Source: Chiloscyllium plagiosum (taxonomy: Eukaryota). Taken from it: a stretch of 49,390 nucleotides of DNA. Where the stretch lies: assembly GCF_004010195.1 (NCBI RefSeq), contig NC_057718.1:8793181-8842570 (forward strand). Reading direction: 5' to 3'. The notes below the pieces were generated by a model that ran no database searches, was not told where the DNA came from, and saw nothing but the letters and a program-made list of their open reading frames with translations. A program made the position numbers and the translations under genes. This document shows positions 22,307 through 35,750 of this stretch, piece by piece (the first letter of the stretch is position 1; every line of letters starts with the position of its first letter).

Positions 22307-22734
22307 AAAAATCAGTCATTAAATAAAAATGTTCGGAAAATACTAAATAATCAAGGGGCAAAAGTGGGGAGGAAATAAATGCAATAAATATCATGAGAGA
22401 AAAAGCATTAGGAAAATATTATTATTAATAAACTGGAGACAGTTCAGGAAAAAAAAACTTACCAGGATATTGCCAGGAGTGGAGAGTTTGAGTTACAAAA
22501 GCTGACTAGGGTGAGAATTTTTTCACTGGAGCATCAGAAACTGAGGGGTGGTTTTGTACAGGTTTATCATGAGGGGCATAGATAAGGTGAATAGCATTGG
22601 GCCTTTTCCCTCGGGTGGGGGAGTTCAAAATTAGGGTGCATATTTTCTAAAGTGAGAGGAGAAGGTTTTAAAAAGAACATGATGGACCAAACAGTCTGTT
22701 TGCGTGCTGGATGAATCTATGATTCTATGAGTAA

Positions 22735-22870
22735 GCAACTGAAGATGGTTGGGACAAAGACACTACCCTGAGGAACACCTGCAGAGATGTCCTGGAGTTG
22801 AGATGATTGTCTTCAGGCAATCACAACCATCTTCCTTTCTGCCAGGCGTGACTCCAAACAATGGAGTCAT
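22735..22870 (-). mobile_element. Old CR1-clade RT fragment (LINE family B)
   Basis: Minus strand encodes LAERKMVV..SSQLQDISAGVPQGSVFVPTIFSC. Confidence 0.7.
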
Positions 22871-23341
22871 TGGGCCAACAATGAGCTATTGACAGCAATA
22901 AAGGATGCTCCACGCCATTCTTTCCCACTTTCACCACCTGTCATTGGTGTGTGTTGGCAAGATTTGCAAGTCAATAGTCAACCTATATGGCTGCATTATG
23001 AGCACACTTTCATTGGTCATCGGGCCCTGGGACAGGACTTGAACATGGGGTTTCTAGTTCAGAGGCAGGGTCACTACAAGGCCGTAAGACATATCTTCAT
23101 GTGGCATATAATTGGGTGTGGAATTTAAGGTCATAATCTGAATCTGTACCCAGGAATTTCTCTTTTTATTTAAATATTAATAATTGCTTAGGTTATTAAG
23201 AAGACATATGGTGTGTTGGCTTTTATTAGCAAGGGGATTGAGTTTAAGAGCCACAAGGTTATGCCAGAGATTTATAAAGCCCAGTTTAGACCACACTAGG
23301 AATATTGTGTTCAGTTCTGTTCACCTCATTACACGAAGGAT

Positions 23342-24003
23342 TAGATTAGATTAGATTAGATTAGATTCGCTACAGTGTGGAAACAGGCCCTTTGGTCCAA
23401 CTAGTCTACATTGACCCTTCGTAGAGTAACCCACCCAGACCCATTCCCCATATCTACCCCTGACTAATGCACCTAACTCTATGGGCAATTTAGCATAGGA
23501 GAAAGTGAGGACTGCAGATGCTGGAGTTGAAAAATGTGGTGCTGGAAAAACACAGCAGGCCAGGCAGCATCCGAGGAGCAGGAGAATCGATGCTTCAGGC
23601 ATAAGTCCTTCTTCAGGAATGAGGCTGGTGTGCCAAGCGGGCTGAGATAAAGGGTAGGGGGGAGGGGCGCTTGGAATACGATAGGTGGAAGGAGGTGCAG
23701 GGCAGAGGAGATGATCTGGGGGGTGCAGTGAGAGAGGGACTCACTGAGATCCTTATAGACGGAGGAGGAGAGCTTCTTCAAGATAGGCATCCTTTTCAAG
23801 AGGATTCGCAATTTAGCATGACCAATTCACCTTACCTGTACATCTTTGTACTGTGGGAGGAAACCAGAGCACCAGGAGGAAACCCACATAGACACAGGGA
23901 GAATGTGCAAACTCCACACAGACAGTCGCCCCAAGGCTGGAATTGAACCTGGGTCCCTGGTGCCGTGAGGCAGCAGTGCTAACCACTGAGCCACCGTGCT
24001 GCC
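23342..24003 (-). mobile_element. HE1-type V-SINE interrupted by a PLE fragment
   Basis: (TTAGA)n tail at the left, head at ~24000; flanked by AAGGAT on both sides. Confidence 0.9.
23497..23807 (-). mobile_element. PLE 3'-terminal fragment (family 1 variant)
   Basis: Flanked by 12-bp direct repeat GCAATTTAGCAT (23485-23496, 23808-23819); minus-strand CTGAAGA-a-ggac-ttat-gcct-gaag degenerate hammerhead. Confidence 0.85.
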
Positions 24004-25754
24004 TCAAGGATGTGGAAGCTTTAGAGAGGGTGCAGAGGAGATTTATCAGGATGCTGCCTGGACTGGAGGGCATGTCTTATGAAGAAATGTTGAGGGAGCT
24101 AGGGCTTTCGCATTGGAGTCAAGAAGGATGAAAGGTGACTTGACAGAGGTATACAAGATGATGAGAGGCATAGATAGAGTGGATAGCCAGAGACTTTTTC
24201 CCAGGGCGGAAATAGCTATCATGAAGGGTTTTAACGTGATTGGAGGAAGGTTTACACAGAGAGTGGTGGGTGCATGAAATATACTGCCAGCAGTGGTCGT
24301 AGAGTCTGATACATTTGGGATACTTAAGCGACTCTTGGATTGGCACATGGATGATAGTAAAGAGTATGTCGGTTATTTTGATCTTTGAGTACAGCACAAC
24401 ATTGAGAGCCGAAGGGCCTGTGCTGTACTGTACTGTTCTATGTTCTAATATCAAATAATTCACATCAGTTGCATTCAAATGCAATGTTAATGTAATGTAA
24501 TGTTAATGATTTGATGACAATGAATTCGGACAACTTAGATTAGCTGAATGATTAAATGGTTTGGTGACTTAATTAATATAATGGATTGATCTAGATCATG
24601 CATGAAAAATTAAACCTCCTTATTGTTTGGTGCTAATCAGAGGTTGTATAAAGCTAAAGACATTGATCTTTGGTTGTAGACGCATATCAAATGAGCAGGG
24701 CATGCCCAGTGGGTGAGCTGCTAAATCAATAGAAAAAATAAGAGAATGGTCTGAAATCAAGTAATAATTAATAAAGCCAAAGATCCTCATTGCTCCAACC
24801 TGGACCGTTGGAAGCTTCCAGTTTGATAGCCAGCACATTCTCTGGGCTGAGCAAGAAACTGCCTTGCCTCTTACTCCATCCCCAACCACCACTCCCCCCG
24901 CCACCCAAACTAACTTTTCACCCCACCCACCTCATTTTCCTATCAAAAAGAGTTCACGCAGCCTGATTCTGGAATGATAAATCTGGTTGAAATCTGTACC
25001 ATTAACAAATCTCTGTGTGAATTCTCCAGCCTCCACTGAACTATCTTGGATTTACAAAGTGAAAAGCAGCCCAGTTCCATTCCTTGCATGACAGAGTAAT
25101 CACTCCTCAAAGTAATCTGTTTTATGTGAAACATTTCAGAAACACGATAAGCTGTCCTTTCTTTTTGACAGCCCATTTCATCGAAGTGAATGTTATTTAA
25201 GGTCTTACGTGTTTCTTGCATTTCAGTATGTCCTGATGCTTGAGCTGTAGATTATGATCTCATTTTCACCCATGGAAATGTTAATCTGTTTAATGTTTAC
25301 ACAGCATCTCTACCCTACTCATTATTTGCAGAGTGCAGCACTTCACTCAGTCCAAATGTCAACATTTTTCAAGCTATCCTTTCTTAGAAGAGTTCAATCT
25401 TCATGAAAACTAATGTTCAGCAAATGTTTCTACTCAAACATAATGCCAATGAACAGAACAAAACATTCACCTCCATTGCAGTAACCAATGACATCAAGGA
25501 AACTCATTTACGTGCACATGCTGAGATGTTTCTGACTAATATGATCAAGGATTATATATTTCTCAGGCAATGGCATAACGATTATCTGGACAGAATTAGA
25601 TAAAACATTTATTGCAAATCATGACATCAGCTACTGCTTTGTGATGGCAATGCACATAGAATATCACAATTCATAACAAAGGCATAGATAAATGTTAAAA
25701 TGAGTGTAAAGAATGAAATAAGTTTGCCATTTTGAAAATTACAGTGCACAAATA

Positions 25755-26525
25755 CATAAGAAGTAGGAACAGGAGTAATCTATCTGGCCCCTTGAGCCTG
25801 CTCCACCATTCAGTAAGATCATGGACTCAGCTCCACCTACCCCCAGCTCACCATAATCCTGATCATAGAATCCAGAAGCAGGCCATTCGGCCCATTGAGT
25901 CCACACTGACCCTCCAAAGAGCATCCCACTCAGACCCACCCTATCCCTGCATTTCCCATGGCTAAACCACCTCGCCTTCACAGCCCTGGAAACTATGGGG
26001 CAATTTAGTATGACCAATCCTTAGACTGTGGGAGGAAACCGGAGCACCCTGAGGAAACCCACGCAGACACAGGGAGAATGTGCAAACTCCACCTAGATAG
26101 TTGTCCAAGGTGGGAATCAAACCCGGGTCCCTGGCACTGTGAGGCAGCAGTGCTAACCACTGAGCTACCCTGTTGCCCTATTAATTCTTTTACTGTTAAA
26201 AAATCTATCCATCTTTGCCTCAAAAACATTCAACAAGGTAGCCACAAATGCCTCACTGGGCAGGGAATTCCACAGATTCACAACCCTTTTGGGTGAAAAG
26301 GTTCCTTCTCAACTCAGTCCTAAATCTGCTCCCCGTTATTTTGAGGCTGTGCCTCCCAATTCCAGTTTCACTCACCAGTGGAAACAATCTCCCTGCTTTT
26401 ATCGTATCTATTCCCTTCATAATTTTATCTGTTTCTGTAAGATTCCCCCTCATTCTTCTAAATTCCAATGAGTATAGTCCCAGACTACTCAATCTCTCCT
26501 CATTAGTCACCTCTCTCAACTCCAG
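25755..26525 (-). mobile_element. CR1 LINE 3' fragment with nested HE1 SINE (~25865-26178, minus)
   Basis: ORF 26253-26519 EERLSSLGLYSLEFRRMRGNL..FRTELRRNLFTQ; HE1 head at 26140-26178. Confidence 0.88.
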
Positions 26526-26645
26526 AACTGACCAATACAGGCTTCCTTAATTTTCAGAATAGAAAAATGTTTCTATCAGTCTGCATTTTGAATTAAAGTC
26601 TATCAATCATACATTGTGACATTACGTTCATTATATTCACAATTA

Positions 26646-26811
26646 CAGAGGAACCTCGGTTATCCAAATGACAAAGGTGGGGAGTATTTTGTAGGATAAT
26701 CAAATGTTCGGATAATTGAATGCCGGATAACACAGCTTAGACAAGCATCAGGGCCTTGCCAGTTAATCCAAAATTCGGATAATTGAATGCTGGATAATCG
26801 AGGTTCCTCTG
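26646..26811. mobile_element. Tigger/pogo-like MITE, family A
   Basis: TIRs CAGAGGAACCTCGGTTATCCA / TGGATAATCGAGGTTCCTCTG; TA on the left; homologous to 481-623. Confidence 0.88.
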
Positions 26812-28056
26812 AATTTGTGATGTCATTTGTGTTTTTCTGAACGTTAGCCCCGTGTAAGATATGCCGTAAAGAGTGCCTTGTGAGACAGATGTCTAGAAGT
26901 TTATTTACAGCACTAATTATTTTCAAGGTCATAGCATCACACACTTGTATACCTCTGAGCTTATGGATGTTACTGTATATTTGTCCTGTTCAAGTTGGGA
27001 TAACTGCACACTAACTGATTACGTTCTTGTATATTTCCAGGAATGCAACCTGCACATGGATTATGACTGTGACGGAAGGAACATACATTTACTCCAGCAG
27101 TTTAACTATCAACATAAATGCGTTCGTTCAAATACCAAAATGCAAATGATTCTTTTATTGTATTACTATCCAGATTGAAAGATGCTTTCATTAGGTTTCT
27201 TTGTTGAACTCAAAATAATAAATTTATCATAACAAAAAAAACTTTTTCTTAAAACAAGTGTCAAACATTGGTTTGTATTGAAATTATAATCCAGAATTAG
27301 AATTATATTCCCTCAATCATAAATACAGTGCACTCACACATTACAAAAGATGGCATTCTCTGCAGAGACGATCTTTCAAAAACAAGTCAAAAGAGAACCA
27401 ATCCTACTGCTGAGGCTTTGAAAACATAGAATAGAATTCCATGACTTCTCCAAATCCACTGAGTTTCCTGTTGATGAAATCAAATTGCTGACCTGTGAAC
27501 TGATGGAAGATCCTCAGTTTGGATTGAAATCAAGCTGGATTTGAGACTTGGGAAACTAGTCCCAGTTTCTGAGATTGATCAGATTGTTAGAAATACTTAC
27601 ATTATCAGAGAGAGAGAGAGACAGAATGAGAGTAAGTGAGAGAGAGATTGTAAATTTAATAATCATGGAGTTTACAGTAAAAACAGTATGAGACCATGAG
27701 GATAATGTGGAGAAAAGGTAATATATATAAAACATAACATTTCCTGCACAAATCCTGGAAGGCTGACTAATATACTGTGGACCATTATTGGACCTCAATG
27801 TGTTGAGGTACATCAAACATACTTAATATAGTGGTCAATGTGTCAACAACCACTGCAAGAGTGGCATTCTTGATTGGATGTACTGAGGGAATTCGGAGAA
27901 ATGGTCATTTGGCAGAATGTAACTGTGTCTTTGGACATGGAAAATATCAGTCACAATCTTTACATCAGAAGAAACCGTGTGTGGAAGGAGAGTTTCTGTT
28001 GATTGTCGTCATTGATTGAATTGACATATTTCACACACACCTTGACCAGTTTCTCC

Positions 28057-28387
28057 TTTATTCCTTCACAGGATGAGGGCACCACTGACCAGGCCAGCAT
28101 TTATTGCCCATAGAGTAGTTAAGAGTCAACCACATTGCTGTAGGTCCAGAGTCACATGTTGGCCAGACAGACTAAGGACTGCAGTTTCCTTCTCTAAAGG
28201 ACACTGGTGAACAAGATGGGTTTTTCCAACAACTGACAATGGCTTCATGGTCATCATTAGACTCGTAATTCCAGATCTTTATTGAATTCAAATTCCACCA
28301 TCCACTGTTTGAATCCAGTTTCCCGAACGTTCCCCCCGGGTCTCTGGGTTAACAGTCTATTTACAATACCACTAGGCCATCACCTCC
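28057..28387 (-). mobile_element. tRNA-derived SINE family B
   Basis: Full-length similarity to 7600-7937 and 43953-44205. Confidence 0.8.
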
Positions 28388-28652
28388 TCAGTTGGTCGAT
28401 GTTTTCATTGATACCAGGACATTCCATTCTTGGACAGTACCAGTTTAGCTCTGAATGACCAAACAGAATGGATTAGTTTGGGGACCTTTTGAATACAATT
28501 GCCCAGAAGAATACTTCCTAATGATGATCTTCTTGAGCTGTTGTAGTTGGTCATCATCTGAAATAGTTGTCTCAAAGTGCTCCGCTCAGCTGTGACCAAC
28601 AGCTATGAGATTGGTGTTGAGACTGATGTTTAGCACAGATTTCAATAACCAC

Positions 28653-29021
28653 GGGGAGGTGATAGCCTCGTGGGATTGTCACTGGACCTAGTAATCCAGA
28701 GACCCATGTAGTGTTCTGGGGATCCGGGTATGAATCATATCATGGAAGATGGTGAAATTGGAATTCAATTTTTAAACAAAATAAAGCCTGGAGTTAAAAG
28801 TCTAATGGTGACCATTGTTGTAAAAACCCATCTGTTTCATGAATGCTCTTCAGGGAAGGAAACACCTAATCTTACCAGGTCTGGCCTACATAAGATTCCA
28901 GACCCACACCAATGAGGTGTACTTTTTACTAACTTCTGAAATGGCTTAGCAAGCCACTCAGTTGTACCCAAAGGCATCTAGGGATGGGCAACAATATTGA
29001 CCCAATGAACAATGAATAAGA
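28653..29021 (+). mobile_element. tRNA-derived SINE family B
   Basis: 'ggaggtgatagcctcgtgggattgtcactggacctagtaatccagagaccc' head; 'tagggatgggcaacaa' tail. Confidence 0.7.
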
Positions 29022-29344
29022 AGGGCATTGTTTGGGAAATGTCATGAATCAATAAAATAATCGCAGAGTATCTTTGTTCCCAGTGAGGCTTGGAATTTGG
29101 CTAAAATATTGGAAATAGACATTTGGAAACTTCTAAGTAGTACCCTACATGGATCTTTGGAGGGAGACATTGTAGTTGGTATGTGCACTTCTCAAAGGTA
29201 TTCCCCAGATCACTTCTAATGGTTTGAGGTTGATGTGAGCAATAATGTGCTCACTAAATAATTACGTATGAAACCATTGCATATCCTGAAAACTAGAGCA
29301 AGAATCTGTCTTTCAATATTGGAGTAATCTTGTTTTACTAAACC

Positions 29345-30365
29345 AGAGGGTGTAGGCAATGCTGGTTGATCCAGCATTTATTGCCCGTCCCTAATTGCCC
29401 TTTGGAAGATAGGGGTGAGCTGCCTTCTTGAACTGTTGCACCCCACATGCTGTAGGTATACCCATAATGCCCTCAGGAACAGAATTCCAGGGTTTTTGAC
29501 CCAGTGACACTGAAGGAATGGTGATACATTTCTAAGTCAGGATGCTGAGTGGATTGGAGGAGAACTTGCAGGGGATGGTTGTGGGTTTGGAAATTCCTGT
29601 CTATGTGAATTTCTGCGGTGCATCCTGTAGATGGCACACACTATGGCTACTAAGCATTGGTGCTGGAGGGAGTGGATGCTTGTGGATGTGGTGCCAATGA
29701 AATGATCTGCTTTGTCCTGGATGGTGTCATGCTTCTTGAGTGTTGCTGGAGCTGCACCTATCCACTCCTGACGTCTCCCTTGCAGATGGTGGACAAGCTT
29801 TGGGGGAGTAAGGAGGTGAATGATTTGCTAAGAATCTCAGCCTCTGATCTATTTTTGTAGCCACTGTATTTGTCCAGTTAGTCCAGTTCAGTTTCTTGTC
29901 AATAATAACCTGCAGAATATTGATAGTGGCGGATTCTGAGGTGGCAGTACCATTGAGTGTCAAGAGGTGGTGGAAATAGTCAATGCCTGGCATTTGTGGT
30001 GTGCAAGTGCTAAATACAACTGAGCCTATTCTGGATGTTGTGCAGGTCTTGCTACATGTGCCGGTTGGGTGTATTGGCCGCTCTAAATTGCCCATAATGT
30101 TCAGGGATGTATCAGTTAGGTGCATTAGTCAGGGGCAAAGGTAAAGTGATAGGGCAGGGGAATGGGTTTGGGTTGGTTATTCTTCGGAAGATCGGTGCGG
30201 ACTTGTTAGTCCAAAGACCTGTTTCCACACTGTAGGGATTCAATGGTTCTATGATTCTATAATAATGGTGCTGAACATTGTGCAGTCATCAAGGAACATA
30301 ACCACTTCTGATCTCCTGATGGAGGGAAGGTCACTGATGAAGAAGCTGAAGATATTTGGGCCAGT
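29345..30365 (-). mobile_element. Old CR1-clade LINE family B (RT to 3' end), interrupted by an HE1 3' fragment at ~30055-30260 (+)
   Basis: 30260-30365 minus encodes GPNIFSFFISDLPSIRRSEVVMFLDDCTMFSTI; ORF 29727-30125 INILQVIIDKKLNWT..QRL. Confidence 0.75.
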
Positions 30366-30701
30366 GTAACTTTTGCACTGAGGTATTCTTATTTTCAAAT
30401 TTACATCTCTGCTTCCATTGTTAAGGAACGTTTGCCACTGATCAATATGTCATGTTTTTATGTATTGGATTTCAATTCACTTGTAATTACAGACCAACTT
30501 ACCTACCTTTCCCTTATCCAGCTTACTGTTGCTCAGAGTCACATGACAGCTGCTCACATGCTGTCAGTCTGGTTTTTGTCTCATTAACATACTCAGCTCT
30601 TAAAGCAGTACTACAACAAATACCTCATCGACGCACAAGCAATTCTAATATCTACAGCTGGTCAAAAGTGCGAAAGAAAGGGAATTCTTTTCTATATAAA
30701 T

Positions 30702-30867
30702 CAGGAGCATTTCAGACATCAGCCCTTCATCAGGAATTTTCCAATGAAGAGCTTATGCCCGAAACATTGATTCTCCTGCTCCTCGGATGCTGCCTGACTG
30801 GCTGTGCTTTTCCAGTACCACTCTCCGGACTCTGATCTCCGGCATTTGCAGTCCTCACTTTCTCCTA
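30702..30867. mobile_element. Inverted pair of PLE family 1 terminal repeats
   Basis: Minus motif 30710-30733 and plus motif 30741-30764; near-direct repeat CTA(T/C)ATAAAT at 30692-30701 and 30865-30874. Confidence 0.75.
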
Positions 30868-31119
30868 CATAAATGCAGCTCAGTCTTTCATGTTTCTATT
30901 ATTGTGTTTCAGAACGTTCTGAAAAATGATCACTGGACTTGAAACAGTAACTCTGCTTTCTCTGTACAGGTGCTGCCAGAACTGCTGAGTTTCTCCAGCA
31001 TTTTCCATTTTCCATCTGTTATTAATGGCCAGAAGTCACGTACAAAGTGTAGACTTCTTGGTACAGCTACCTCAGTAATAGCACCAACAATGTGGTTTGA
31101 TCTATATACTCCCATTCAC

Positions 31120-31325
31120 TCACCTGACTTGGAACTATATTGCCGTGTCTTCAATGTCACTGGGTCAAAAATCCTGGACGTTCCTCCCTGCAGGGATTGT
31201 GAGTCAACCCAGAGTAGGTGGACTGCAGTGGTTCAAGATGGCAACTCACCACCACCTTCTCAAGGGGTAACTAGGGACGGGCAATAAATGCTGGCCTAGG
31301 CAGCGACACCCATGTCCGATGGGTG
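31120..31325 (+). mobile_element. LINE family B 3' end
   Basis: 'gtcactgggtcaaaatcctgg..gttcaagatggcaactcaccaccaccttctcaaggggtaactagggacgggcaataaatgctggcc'; also at 45558-45680. Confidence 0.7.
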
Positions 31326-31759
31326 ATAAAAATGGTTGCCCATGTGACATTTCTACTTCCTATAGCTTGAGTGCAGAGAGCTCCTTGAAAGGGATGGACA
31401 ATTTATTGTCAACAATTCAAACCTTTCTTTGTGCTGTGGAGTCACATCCTTCTGGTATTTGTGTTGACAGATTCCCAAATCAGTGAGGATCCTTAGAGAA
31501 TTGAATTAATGTTTCTGGTAGTTCTCTGTGAAATTTGTTTGGCCAGTGTTTCTCTGTGCATCAATAGCTCATTGAAATAACAGACCCGTTGACAACTGCA
31601 CGTAAATAGCACACAAGAGACTCTGTACAAAACCATTCATCATAATTTGATCAAGTGATGTTAAACTCATCAGGCAGATATACTACCCTCTATCATGCCT
31701 CTCCATCACTGTTAGGCTGAGTCAGATTGCTATTGTCTGATTTTAGTCTTTTATAAAGA

Positions 31760-33080
31760 AACGTAGAAAATAGGAGCAGGAATAGGCCATTCAGCCCCTC
31801 AAGTCTGCTCTGCATTCAATATGGTCATCCAATTCAATGCCTTGTTCCTTCTTTCTCCCTATAATCCTATGATCTTTTAGCCCTAAGGATGATATCTAAC
31901 TCCTTCTAGGATTCATTCAATGTTTGGCAACAATTGCACAGAGAATCCCACAGACTCCTCACTCTCTGGGAGGCGTGGGGGAAGACATTTCTGTTCATCT
32001 CAGTCCTAAATGGCCTACCTCAAGCCCTTATACTATGACTCCTGTCTCTGGACCATCAGGAGCATATGTCTACCCTGTCCAGTCCTGTTAGAGTTTTATA
32101 GGTTTCCCCTCTTCCATTCTTTCACACTCCCTTGAATATAGAACATAGAACATTACAGCACAGTACAGGCCCTTCGGCCCTCGATGTTGCACCGATCTGT
32201 GGAACCAATCTGAAGCCCATCTATCCTACACTATTCCATTTTGTGTATATGTTTATCCAATGACCATTTAAATGCCCTTAAACTTGGCAAGGTCACTACT
32301 GTTGCAGGCAGTGTGTTCCATGCCCCTACTACTCTCTGAGTAAAGAAATTACTTCATCATTCCTGATGAAGGGCTTATGCCCAAAACATCAATGCTCCTG
32401 CTCCTCAGATGCTGTCTGACCTGCTGTGCTTTTCCAGCACCACACTCTCAACAACTACCTCTGACTTCTGTCCTACATCTATCACCCCTCAATTCATAGC
32501 TGTGTCCCCTCGTGCTAGCTATCACCATCCGAGGAAAAAGGCTCTCACTGTCCACCCTATCTAACTCTTTGATTATCTTATATGTCTCAATTAAGTCACC
32601 TCTCAACCTTCTTCTCTCCAATGAAAACAGCCTCAAATCCCTCAGCCTTTCCTCATAAGACCATCCCTTCATACCAGGCAACATCCTGGTAAATCTCTTT
32701 GTATCCCTTTCCAAAGCTTCCACATCCTTCCTATAATGCAGTGACCAGAACTGTATGCAATGCTCCAAGTGCAGCCGCACCAGAGTTTTGTATAGGTGCA
32801 GCATGACCTCGTGGCTCTGAAACTCAATAGTTCAAACAGATCTGGCGCTTCTTCATCCATCAGTCCTGCCATCCCAGGGATCAGTCTGACCAAATTTTGT
32901 TGCACTCCCTCCCTAGCCAGAACATCTTTTCTCAGATTTGGAAACCAAAACTGCACACAATACACTGGGTGTGGTCTCCCCAAAGCCGTGTCTAATTGCT
33001 GCAAAACCGTTGTGCTCCTTTACTCCAATCCTCTTGCTGTGAAGGCTGATACACTATTTGTTTTCTTTGGCATGTGTTGC
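31760..33080 (-). mobile_element. Nested CR1 3' fragments (younger copy ~32140-32825 inside an older one), with a PLE fragment at ~32352-32450
   Basis: ORFs 32448-32804 and 32669-33004 (LVRLHLEHC..RFTRMLPG); CTGATGA-a-GGGC-ttat-GCCC-aaaa at 32363-32386. Confidence 0.85.
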
Positions 33081-34999
33081 GCTTACAACACCTAGTTATC
33101 CAGCATTACCTCACATCACCTTCATCTCCACACTTGCATCAAAAGGTGCCATTGGATGCTACAGGTATGCTGAGAACTATCAGCTCGCAATTGGCGCTTG
33201 TTAAGGGTTTTTGGAATGGTATCCATGAGAAAGCAGCTTGATTATACTCCCTCCCACCATTTACAAGATTCATAGATGGAATCCCAACTGTGTGGAAACA
33301 GGCCATTCAGCCCACACCGAGCATCCCATCTAGACCCATTCCCTACCCTGCATTTCCCATGGCTAACCCACCAAGCCTGCACATCCCTGAACACTATGGG
33401 TGATTTATTTTCCTACATCACTGATGCTCAGGAGCAGCAGTGTGTACTATCTACAAGATTCATTGCAGAACTTCACCAAAGATCAAAGCACTCCTGCTGT
33501 CGCTGGCACATGCTCGGGAATCAGGCACAGTCAATAAAGATGGTGGCTGGTTCCTGGTGTCTCAAGCTCGGAGCCGAGACACCAACAGTAGAGGCTTAAA
33601 GGTAGTTCCCATCAAACCTCTGCTGTACTTACTGCCTGTTGCTGGTGTGTTTTGAAAGGCTTTGTAAGTTGCTAATGAGTTTGTTTCACTGTGTTACAAA
33701 AGCACCCTCCCTGACACGATTATTAACCATTGATAGCATTCCCTTCCCTGGGTTTTCCCTGGTAACATATTCAGTCTGTGCCTAACTATCTTATGAAAGG
33801 TCAAGAAGGAACAGACCACAATATTCACGTTAAATTTAAAATATCGGGTAAAATTATTGAGAGAGGTTTCACTGTTTCTTTCCGCTGCAGAGCACAGTTG
33901 TGGTGTCTAACCTACAGAGAGAGGAGGCAATTTAACAAGAAAAAACATTGTCAAACAATTTTGAGGACATGTTGGCAGAAAACCTTCAACAGTAACAAAA
34001 GCAACTGCCTGGATTTATAAAGCCCCTTTAGTGTAGTGAAACCTCCTCAGGCGATAATTAGTACTATAAATTAACAACATTTGGCAGCAACCCAAAAGTG
34101 GAGATAGCGGAGATGATAGCTGATGCTTGATCGAAGAGTGATTCAGATTATTAAGCAAGATGTGATAAAGATGAAGATATTTGTTTCAGAGCTGAGGCTC
34201 CCAGGCAGCTGAAGATATGGCCACTGATGAGGAAGCAATGAAACTCAGAGAGGCGGGAAATTGGAGGAGTTTAGAGATCTCGAAGAATCTCAGGATTGGA
34301 GATAATTACAGAGAGCGGAAATTGATCTGCAATCAACAGAGAGATTTAATATTGAAGAGTGATTCAATCAGAGCCAACTTAGATCAGCGAGCACAGGTAT
34401 GATGGACGTAGGGAGAGGCACAGTAGCAGGGTTTGGGCTGAGCTTGACATTAATGGAGGGTGAAGGGTAAAAAGGAAGCAAGCTCCTGATAAGTTTCAAA
34501 TCAAAGAAAACTGAGTTGTTCAAAATACAGACTCACTCGATTGCAAACATGAAGAACTCAACTCCTTGTCCTTGATCACCAATGATTATTCTCTTCTCCT
34601 GTCATCAGTTGCAAAACTAACAATGAAACATCGTTCAGTGAAGTCCTGTTTACCACACACAGAGATGACATGCAGTAATCTATTTACCTTACAGCCAATT
34701 TTCTCCGAACTTCAAACACACAGCAACATCACAAAACCGAGAAGCGATTGACAGATATACCAATTGAAGAGCTATTCAGCCAAACATCAGAACCCATTAG
34801 TATAAGGGCAAAGTGACTGAAAGGGCTCAGCATGTTTATATATTATAAATCAAAGTGCTGCAGAAACTCAGCATTTTGCAGAGAGAGAGACATAGTTATC
34901 GTTTCGGGTACAGTATGGCTCTTGCTCAGAGCTCCTCTGGTTTCATTTCAGATTTCTACCATCCGCTGTTTTTGGCTTTTATTTTATTTTCATTCACTC

Positions 35000-35750
35000 A
35001 TGGATCATGAGTGTACTGCCCGTCCCAAACTGTCCTGGGCAGCTGGTGGTATTCTGCCTTCCTGACCTGCTGCGGTCCATTTGGGTGTATGTAGGTCCGC
35101 AACGCTGTTAGGGAGGGAGCTCCAGGGCTTTGACCCAGTGACACTGAACAATGATGTATTTTCAAGTCAGACTGATGTATGGTTCGGAGGGGTATTTGTA
35201 GGTGGTGGTTCCCATGTAGCTGCTGCCCTTATTCTTCCAGATATCATGGGCTGTATGTTTTGAAGATTCTGTTGAGTGGTATTCAGTGCGTCAGATACAT
35301 CATACAGACCATTACCACTTGGCGTTGATGGGGTTGAGGGAGTGAGTGTTGAAGGTATTACATGGGTGATTCATCCTGGATTGTGTCAAGCTTCTTGAGT
35401 GTTGTTGGAGCTGCCCCCATCCAGGCAAGTGAAGAGTATTCCGTCACACTCCTGACTTGTGCCTTGTAGATGGTGGATGGGCTTTGGGGAGTCAGGAGGT
35501 GAGTCACATACTGTAGGATTTCTAGCCTCTGGCATTTCTTTTATTCAGTCATGAGATAGGGGCGTCATTAGATGGGCAAGCATTTATTGCCATCCCTAGT
35601 TGCTCTTGAGAAGGTGACAGTGAGCTGTGCATGTAGCTGCTATGTTTTTATGACTGGTCCAGGTGAATCTCTGCTCAGTGGTAACCCCCCAGGATGTTGA
35701 TAGTTGGGGGATTTCAGTGATGTAGACTTTCTCAATGAAATCCTATTGTT
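35000..35750 (-). mobile_element. Old LINE family B fragments
   Basis: Aligns with 29370-29950 (e.g. 'tttgacccagtgacactgaa', 'gcttcttgagtgttgttggagctgc', 'gccttgtagatggtgga'). Confidence 0.65.

Larger units (their letters stand above)
23190..24450 (+). mobile_element. CR1 LINE 3' fragment containing nested HE1 and PLE
   Basis: 'agaccacactaggaatattgtgttcagttct..aaggat|gtggaagctttagagagggtgcagaggagattt'; 'ttctatgttcta' tail. Confidence 0.88.
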
